NCBI GenBank assembly: GCA_000934665.2
Contig: KZ538072.1
Location: 115,016-135,015, forward strand
From: Catajapyx aquilonaris
Taxonomy: Eukaryota
DNA: 20,000 nucleotides
Direction: 5' to 3'
Shown here one piece after another: positions 11,854-20,000 of the stretch. The stretch's first letter is position 1. The number at the start of each line of letters is the position of its first letter. Under the pieces are notes generated by a model. It did no database searches. It worked only from the letters and a program-made list of their open reading frames with translations, and was not told where the DNA came from. The position numbers and the translations under genes are program-made.

Positions 11854-14746
11854 ATATTGTTGGGGAAGTGTCCGGGGGCTGCCCCCAACATTCCTCCCTC
11901 CATCCACGCCATCTCTCATCAAATTTGCCAACTCCCAACTAACCCCATCTAATGGATCCCGAGGATATCACAACAAACAGCCTCCTATACGCTCAAAAAA
12001 CAACAACTCAGGCGGCCGCAACAAAGTTGGTGGAATAACCCCTCTGCGCCATTAGACACGCCGTTCTTATGACGGGGGCAAATCCAAGATGGGGAGAAAA
12101 TACCTTAGGAGATCCCCCTACCCGCGCTTTTCTGCGAAACGGGGCCATCTCAAATGGAGCGCAAAGGCAGACAAGGCATAGTCCGGTCGGGGAGAAAATA
12201 ATGGGCAGCCAGCTCCAAGGCCCACAGCTGCGACCAATTCCGAATCGATAAGTGCTGTTTGCGACATTTTCAGAAAGATTCTAACCAGCAATAAGAAAAA
12301 CCCCTTTAAAAAAAACCCAGAAATTTTCTCATCATGTATATGATCATCAAACAAGAGGCTATGGGTGCAGTACTTACCCTCATGGTGCAAGTTTCACGCT
12401 CGCCTGAATTAGAATCTGGCCGTTCTCAAATTTGGCTCATCCCTAGGTCCAGCCCCTGAGTTTTTGCCCTCCTGAAATCCTAACCGCACCGCAGCACAAA
12501 TCAAATCTCGTCTTGCAACGCCGGCTTTACAGATCCGAGGGCTTTGCTAAAGCTGAGCTGTACGTAGACACTGGATTTTGTTCATCTCGGAAGTGAGCTT
12601 TCTAAAATATTAATACCTTTCCGAGCATGGTGTACCGGCCGACGCGAAAACGCGCAGGAAAAGTCAATGCCAGATATGTGTATATATATACCAAAAGTCC
12701 GCTTATTCTCGCAATTGGGAGACGCATATCAAAGGTCGACGGTGAGTGATGACGTCAATGAGGTGGAATCAGCCGAGTGCCTGCTTCTAAAGTGGACAGG
12801 GATGAAGCACCCGGTTTTAGATCTATCGGATGTCCAATTTTCAGGATTTTCATTATTTTAATGGTATCGTACTAAGTTAAAATCAGTACAATGTTTGTAC
12901 CTGGGGGTTTTGGAGATGACATACCTGAAAGTCACCAGGAACATTAATATTGCTTTTAAAGTTAAGCAGGGGGTAATGAATAATAAGTAGCCAGTGTTTC
13001 TGCACTTGACATCTGGAGATTAGAAAGGTTTGGTAAATGTAGTGTCGTGCTTTTCGCAAGACTCGGAGTAATTCCATCATTTCGAAAAGAGGGAACTGAC
13101 ATGCAAGCTCCTCTTTAGGACGATATTTTAATACAATTGCATGTTAAATATTAACATACCCCCGCACTGTAGCGATGAATAATTGAAGCTCCAATCCTGT
13201 AATGCGTGTTTATTTAAAAAACAAAGTTTCCAACCCCATAATGTGCCAAATTGCCGTGCATATCTTTTGGCAACCCAGCAGTGTTCAGGGAATGTTTATT
13301 TTTTTGGTTGATAGGTACAATGTGCACAAATAGTTCCTGACCCATCAGATGAACCTTGGGTGAGGACCAATACTATAGGGTCTGAAAACAGTGTACAGTA
13401 CCCCCGCACCTGCATTATGGTTAGCATGGTGTGGTCACTAGTAACGCCATTTATTTCACGAATGTTTACTCTGTAACTTATTTATGCATGCACCAAAGAG
13501 TCATTGCACATTCCCTTGTTTATGTTGGATGTGAAATGCATCAAATTGTCAGCACACTTTTGAATGCTCAACTTGTTTTGCAACCACCACCGATACATTC
13601 AGGTCCTCCAGTTCCAATGGTAACCTTCCGGATCGGCCGAGCAAATATTGGCTTGCAAATACTCCAAGCTCTTGCTGACACCCAGGTCACATTTTCTGGC
13701 TGACATCTTCAAGTTTAAAAGGCCGGAAAATCTGGGCTTGAAGTAAGCAATCCAAGCCTGGCGAGGTGATTAAATTAATTTGCCGACTTGTCTGTAGCAG
13801 AAGTAACAATTTGTGGTGGTAGGATGCGTGGTGGGCTAATAAAGTGCCAGTTTCAGCCGCCTTCCCCAGGCCCCTCCGTATACCCGACACAAATTGCAAG
13901 ATGAAAATGAGACAAGGTGTAGAGCACTCCACCGAAAACTTCCGCACACTTCATCTTAGGCTCGAAAAAAAAAAGAAGGCAAAGGGTTAATGCCAGATTA
14001 AGGCCCAGACTATTCTATCTTCAGCTCTCCGGATTTTCCACTCCGGATTCTCTCGGGAACCATCCGGCCGGATCTTCCACCTTTGTCTCCATCTTTCACG
14101 CTTTGAAATACTGGCTAGTCTTCCCCTAAAGGCCGGCAAAGCAGGAGTATATACAGTATATATATATAAAAAGGAGCCACATCCTTTAGCACTTTCATTC
14201 TAGCCGCTTTCACCCACTTTGAATTAACCAGGAGACGAATGGGGGCCAAGGTCGGAATGCATTTACATTCGTAACATTGCTGGTGTGCAACGCAATCAAC
14301 CACCTTGTCGTAGTACTGGATTTAAATCATGGTGTAGGATTGTCAACAGACGTGTTCTTTTGGGTAAGCAGGACCCCTCTCTTTTTATTCGGGAGGTGTC
14401 CACAGCTTTAATCTGCCACCGACCTCACCTCTAAGCTGGACAGTCAACACAACTGTGGTCAATAATTTAGATGACACTGTGCTGTCGTGCGCGGGTTCAG
14501 GATACAGGGGGGCATTCATCACATTTTTTGCACCATATCTTGTTTACACAAATTCCGACAGATATGTATTATTTAGTAAGGTGCGATGCAGTATGTGGGT
14601 TCAGGACGTTTTCTGGTTATAGTTAATTCGCCTTTTAGAGGCTTACATAGGGCGTATTGTAATATAAAATGACGGCGTTTCCACTACTTACTCTGGCTGT
14701 ACTGTACTGCAGCCTACATATTATAATTTATTAAACGTCCATTACA

Positions 14747-14758
14747 GGGGATTTCCCC
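14747..14758. promoter_or_regulatory. Consensus NF-kB/Rel site GGGGATTTCCCC within the palindrome CAGGGGATTTCCCCTG
   Basis: Exact match to GGGRNWYYCC, extended to a 16-bp near-perfect palindrome (14745-14760). Function is not demonstrable from sequence alone. Confidence 0.3.
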
Positions 14759-15004
14759 TGGGCTGGGTACCGTGCATTAATAAAACTTGTGTTTACATTT
14801 GCAGCTGAAACGTGTAATTGCCATGTTTCCGATGCAATTGTTCCATGACACCCGATAATTTTTGTTTCGCTGACCCAGGTAAATCCACTCCCACGCTACT
14901 TTTTCCCTGCCTGCGGCAGTGTGTGGAAGTTGCAACTATTTAAAGCTTACTCTTGCATAGGGAAAACTCAGGACTCGCTGCCGGGAGAATAACAGTGAGT
15001 CCAC

Positions 15005-15025
15005 AATAATAATAATAATAATAAT
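15005..15025. repeat. (AAT)7 microsatellite
   Basis: Directly visible. Confidence 0.9.
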
Positions 15026-15098
15026 GTGTCAAGGTACATTACTACAAAAAAGGTGTCTAACAAATACCTGGTGCTGTACAACTATCAGCACAATATTT

Positions 15099-15498
15099 TT
15101 TTTTGTTATACCCCGTGCTAGGGCCCTAGGCCCTCTCAGGGGAGTGGAATACCACCATCGGTGCAGGGGACAGGATAGGGATAATGAGGGGGAGACACTG
15201 GTGCAAGTGTAATGTCTCATGGTGGGGGTCGTATGCAGTCCCTCAGGGAGCCAAGATGACCCCCTAGATGCGGGTCAGAAACCCTCTACCGACACCGCAC
15301 CTCCTCATGGACGGGACAAGGATAAGAAAGGAAGGAAGCGGCTGTGGCCTATTATTTAGGAAGCAATCCCGGAATTCTCCTGGGGGGGGGTGGTAAACCA
15401 CAGAAAACCACGGTTAGGATTGCCGGCCCCGGGACTCGAACCCAGGACCTCCCGATTAGCAGTCGGAGACCTTATATACTCCACCAAACTGCTTCGGT
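15099..15498 (-). mobile_element. Full-length tRNA-derived SINE (400 bp) with poly(A) tail and 17-bp TSD
   Basis: Identical direct repeats CTATCAGCACAATATTT lie at 15082-15098 and 15499-15515. T9 at 15096-15104 is the A-tail on the minus strand. The minus-strand 5' end is tRNA-like with B box GGTTCGAGTCC. Confidence 0.95.
15420..15498 (-). promoter_or_regulatory. tRNA-like head of the SINE with internal RNA polymerase III promoter
   Basis: On the minus strand: A-box-like TGGTGGAGTA, anticodon arm CCGA-CTGCTAA-TCGG (GCT in the anticodon position), and T arm CTGGG-TTCGAGT-CCCGG with the B box at 15432-15442. The acceptor stem and D arm are degenerate, so this is not a functional tRNA. Confidence 0.85.
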
Positions 15499-17241
15499 CT
15501 ATCAGCACAATATTTAGGTGAATGTGTTTTTATTCATTACTTAAATAAATAAATCAAACACATTTACCTTGATGTTGTGCTGATATTGCGTAGTAGGCCT
15601 ACTAAGGGCTCCTGCAGCACCGCATATCTTTTTGTCCAAAACCGTATTTATATTGATATTATAGTACAACCAATTTAAACCACACCCTGCAAGACCTTCA
15701 GAGTGCATCAGACGCTTTCTAGCACGTAAATAAATAAACTGCTGATTGTGGCAATGTGTGATTGGCTATGAAAATAAAACAACTACAATGTGGGGTAGTA
15801 CGTGGTCTGACTGGAACGAAATGACCATTGAAGCGCTGATACCGTTTCCTAGCGCTATTATGTAAGTTCCCACTGCTTGGTAGTTTGGCGGATATCCGTC
15901 CTGAGACGACACAAATTAAATAAGCTGCCTGTCGAGCCGATTGGTGGTGGTGGTGTTTGGGAAAGGAAAGTGAAAGGAAAAATGAGAAAATTAGTTTTCC
16001 TCAGGACACCCTAATGTAATTTACCTATAGCGTACGGTAATACTATAGACAGATTCCATTCATGCGAAGTCCGGTCCCATACCGTCTCTTGTGGGAAAAA
16101 AATCTAAATATGGCCTTAACACATCTGGAAGACGTTAACGTGACAAAAAAAATCGAATTTCTCTCCCACTCCTCCCACTTTTTAAAAATACCCCCCCACA
16201 CCCACACACACAACCTTCCTGCTTACCATACGCCACTAAATTATGTACTTCTAACTTGTAAAAGAACTCCGCATTTAGAAAACTGGCCCTTGGCTGTTTC
16301 TCAGCTCATTTGCCTTCCAAACCTTAGAAAAAGCCAAAAAGATTTTTTTTTTTAAATCGAACATAATATTGTTTCCGACTACACTTCCGCCAGAAAGAAA
16401 ATCTCCTGGAAGAAATGGGAAAATATGGCTTGGAATCTTCCGGTTGCTAGTCGAGTTTGGAGACGTTACTGGCTATATAGTCAAGTGGAGGAAACTGGGC
16501 GGAGGTACAGTCGCAGTTATAGAACCTGAAAATTTTGATCAAGAGGGGGGGGAAAAAAAAACTTGGTCTGTTATCTTCAAACTCCGTTCGAAAACATGAC
16601 TCGTCACCAGAACTTCATTGTATCCAACTCGGGTTTGATTCCCAGACAAACACTGATGGACGTATCTGGGTGTGTACAATCAAAATCGCTCATCGGTCCT
16701 GGAAAAGGAAGACCCAAACCGAAAACCGTTCGACCGTGATTTTGACAGCACAAAATTTAATAACAATAGCGTCGTGCTTTTTCGAGTGAAAATATTATCT
16801 AGTATATATCAGTTTCTGTTTCTTTTTTTTGCGAATCGTCATCTGGGATAGCACCCATACTATGCGCTTCTCAAGATGGCTCGACTGTTGTTTACAAAAG
16901 GTGGTAGCCGGCGAGTTCCGAACAACTGCCGTTATCATAGAACCCTATAATACCCATCATAAAAACCCGATTCCGAACTTATAGTGGGAAAAGTAAGAAA
17001 GTTGGCGGTCGAGTAGTTTGAAACTTGGCCAGATATGGAAGCTGGCCTATAGGCCTACAGCAGAAATTCACGCAGTTGCTGATTAACATCAGTTTCTTTC
17101 ACATATCGGAATAACCTGCCAATTCTACAGAAAATTAACTGGCTTTCAAGTACACCAGTTATTTAGTGTTGCCATTACCAATAACGGCTATTACGCCACA
17201 TATAAATTTTAAATTTCTTATTTATTCCATCAAGATTCCAT

Positions 17242-17560
17242 GTAGCTGCAGCACCCGGCGTTGCCCGAGAAGAAATGAATGAAGGGATAACACCTGCCAG
17301 TACTCCCGTCAACTGTCTGTCTTTCTGTGTGTCTAGAACCTTATGTGTGTCCGCCCACCAATGCCATCTGTGGTCCTGCTACTCCAACTCCTTCAACCTC
17401 TCCCGCCTGTATAACGGCAACCGTCATTTGCCTGCCATCTGTAGTCAACCCCCAACACCTCCATGCTCTCCCGGCCTGGGGGTGGAGCATAGATGGCAGG
17501 CAAATGACAGTTGGCAGGCGGACAGACAGACAGACTCACAAACGGCTTTATTTATATAGA
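17242..17560 (-). mobile_element. Non-autonomous Helitron-like element (Lep1-type architecture)
   Basis: The minus strand begins A|TCTATATAAATAAAG followed by a (TCTG)n microsatellite (17521-17535). It ends with the GC-rich motif CGGGCAACGCCGGG about 10 nt before GCTAC (canonical is CTAG|T, here degenerate). No TSD. Confidence 0.75.
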
Positions 17561-19119
17561 TTATATTACATTTTTCTGATGAAGATTACAAGTGAAATGA
17601 TATCTTTCACGGCAACCACAATATTTTCTCCATACCGAGTGCAGTGGCGACATTCTTTTTAGCAACTCTCGCAGTGTGGTGACACGGGTCATCGTTAGCG
17701 AATGGAAGGGGGCTCATGACAGAAGGTAATAAACGACTATTGTCACTTACTCCGAAAGAAGAAGAAGAAGTATAAAAAAAAATCCAATATCAAGAGGCGC
17801 AACTGTTCCGGCATCTACTGTAGCTGTCAGACGACACCCGCCAGCTCCAAAAATTGATATTAAATTACATCAACACTTTCTTGCCATTGGTGGAAAAAAA
17901 GCAAAATGAGGCAGCCTCTGTATAAACAAAATTAGGTCAGCTGTCTGTAGGGCAAATGAAAATGTTAAACTCAGTTGACATCGCGAAGAACACAACTGAG
18001 ACTGTGCATATATAGAACTGCATCAATACGACATGCATTATTAACATCACAGTATGTCACAAAATATTTTCTACGAAGATCAATCTCATTCTATAGATCT
18101 CAATAATGCTGTAACTTACAGTATTTTGTGTACTGTCAGCTTGTACATTTTTTGCGAACATTATATATGTTCCAATATTCAAACAAAAATATCAGTACAG
18201 TGGTGCAGAGGCAGGTGGAGTGAGGTAGTCCTACTTATGTCAAAAACACTCTCTTTTGAAATGTCACGCACGAAAAGTCATGAATGCGAAATATCTGCTA
18301 GTTCCATCAAGATGTCGACATGAGAATATAAGTTAGTCCACAAGTATTTCGTACCGAAAATACAAGCTAGAAATCTCCAGTGGTTAGCTGGACTGTAATG
18401 AAGTTTGCACTTTGAACTTTAGGTACAACATGGAACCATTAAATATTAACATAAGGCCCTGGAGTATAGGTCTGTTTTTAACAGGTTACTCGACTATTTA
18501 GCAGGCTTACTTGCTATTTCCTCTAACTGTTGCGGTATAATTGGTACTCTTTTGCCTCGCAGCCCGTGCCTTCCACCAGAATCAATGCAGCAGACCTTTA
18601 TCCCATTTACAAAATGCAGTACCCGAGTCCTCCATGGCACTAACTGCAATCCACTGTGACGCCAATGTACCGCCCTTTTCAGAAATAACCTTCGATCCAA
18701 TGCTTTTTCCCCCAACCCGCATTCGACAAACACCCTGTACATCGCACCACTCTCTCTGCTATGTACGCATCCACGCACATGCACACACTCGCACAATATC
18801 GAGAGATGCATGTTGTAAGCCTCTCTCTGTGCCTTGTCAGCCCGAGGGCCAACTGGGCCGCTCCCATGTTGTGGACCACCGGCCCCCTGCGGTCAAAACT
18901 CTTCGATCTGACCCTACCCAACTCTCTCTCTCTCTTTTCAATGGAGTCACATGGTCTGCCCAATTTCGGTAGCACCGGCTGTTAACTTTATTAGTGGTCT
19001 GGCCCATGGTTTACTTCGCATAGATTACTGGCCATGCACTGGGAGTACGGGACCCGAATCTGATCTACATCACTGTTGCTATACACAAAAGCCCTTTTTT
19101 CGGTGGGGGGGGGGGGGGG

Positions 19120-19212
19120 NNNNNNNNNNNNNNNNNNNNNNNNNNNNNNNNNNNNNNNNNNNNNNNNNNNNNNNNNNNNNNNNNNNNNNNNNNNNNNNNN
19201 NNNNNNNNNNNN
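19120..19212. other. Assembly gap (93 N) flanked by G15 on the left and C14 on the right
   Basis: N run with G at 19105-19119 and C at 19213-19226. Confidence 0.99.
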
Positions 19213-19711
19213 CCCCCCCCCCCCCCTCTCTCTCACCACCACCAAATGTAAACTGTGCCTACTGGCGTGTTGATTTTAAACGTTGGATCATGAATCTGGT
19301 ATGTTTCAGCTCCAGCTTTCCCCCGTATGTTGAATGTTGGTTTCCATCAAACATGAGGCGAGTAAATGCGCATCCTGGTAAGAAAAGGCCTTCCTCGCGA
19401 AACGTGGAGTCGTATACATAATGCAAGGAGGCTAATCCGCCGGATGCACGTACAGTACTTTAAACCGGACTCGTGTGAGAGGACTCCAAGCTGCATAAGG
19501 GCCAATCGATTGTGCCCAATCCTCTTAACCATCTGCCCGGTAGAGGATGTCCAATTTTTTTGGAATGAAGGTCCACCCACGACGTCAGTTGGTTGCCGAC
19601 AATGTGCGTGATCTACAATAATTTTGGCAAGTACTATGGGGCTCAAATATTGTTTTGGCCACTTTATCCTGGTCTTCCAGCAACCCTTCGCACATGCCCC
19701 ACGGTGAGGAG

Positions 19712-20000
19712 CATGGTCTTAGAATACTAAGGTCTGGACACTACCTCTTATCGCCTGCCGGGGCGTTTCGCATGAGGTGCTCGCCTGAGAGCGCCATGAG
19801 ACCTTTCACGGAGCAATTATGTGGCGACCCTACCGGACTACGCTGAACTTTAGCCGGTGGCCATGTTGGGTCACCCAATGTAGCGCTTCCCTTTTGTACC
19901 TATAAAGTTCAGCGTAGTCCGGTAGGGTCGCCATATGCTCCGTGAAAGGTCTCATGGCGCTCTCAGGTGAGCACCTCATGCAAACGATAATCAGGCGATA
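19712..20000. mobile_element. Fold-back element, copy 2 (runs off the window end)
   Basis: Leader 19712-19761 matches 11544-11593 at 49/50. Arms ~19749-19852 and 19903-20000 are reverse complements. It retains the right inner arm (CATGTTGGGTC...ATGTAGCGCTTCCCTTTTGT) seen in copy 1. Confidence 0.9.

Larger units (their letters stand above)
15070..15621. repeat. Older degenerate palindrome (MITE-like) interrupted by the SINE
   Basis: 15500-15529 pairs with 15556-15585 at 26/30 positions. After removing the SINE and one TSD copy, GGTGCTG (15070-15076) also pairs with CAGCACC (15615-15621). Confidence 0.65.

Noticed and set aside
11660..11938. ORFs 11660-11938(-) and 19655-19846(+) share the peptide LSPAG..MRCSPESAMRPFT..LCGDPTGLR
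   Set aside because: The shared peptide is simply the translation of the repeated palindrome arm. Indels between arms break the frame, so this is not a gene family.
15420..15498. Functional tRNA-Ser(GCT) gene
   Set aside because: It has no proper acceptor stem, D arm or long Ser variable arm, and it lies inside a TSD-flanked SINE.
17575..17597. CTGATGA...GAAA hammerhead-like core
   Set aside because: Stem II cannot pair and no stems I/III were found.
18951..19421. Longest ORF in the track (156 aa) and the other ORFs spanning N gaps
   Set aside because: Their length is an artefact of reading through Ns and homopolymers.
1..20000. Prokaryotic-type system (CRISPR array, operon, retron)
   Set aside because: There are no regularly spaced repeats and no long or densely packed ORFs. 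All recognisable features are eukaryotic repeats.

Overview
Eukaryotic, most likely invertebrate-animal, genomic DNA. It is AT-rich, has no long ORF, and contains microsatellites and two short-read-type N gaps at G/C homopolymers. No protein-coding gene can be called with confidence: all ORFs in the track are 156 aa or shorter, and at most a few weak plus-strand exon candidates lie at 5.2-7.15 kb. The interpretable content is small non-autonomous mobile DNA. (1) A full-length 400-bp tRNA-derived SINE (minus strand, 15099-15498) has a perfect 17-bp target-site duplication and sits inside the arm of an older palindrome. (2) A near-perfect 161-bp hairpin MITE (10597-10757) has PIF/Harbinger-like ends. 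(3) Two copies of a ~300-bp fold-back element (11544-11853 and 19712 to the window end) share an almost invariant 50-bp leader that, within the window, is intact on one side only. (4) A ~320-bp non-autonomous Helitron-like element (17242-17560, minus) carries inverted copies of its own 5' region. The fold-back family is the best candidate for something undescribed. Family assignments come from recalled motif resemblance, not database searches.
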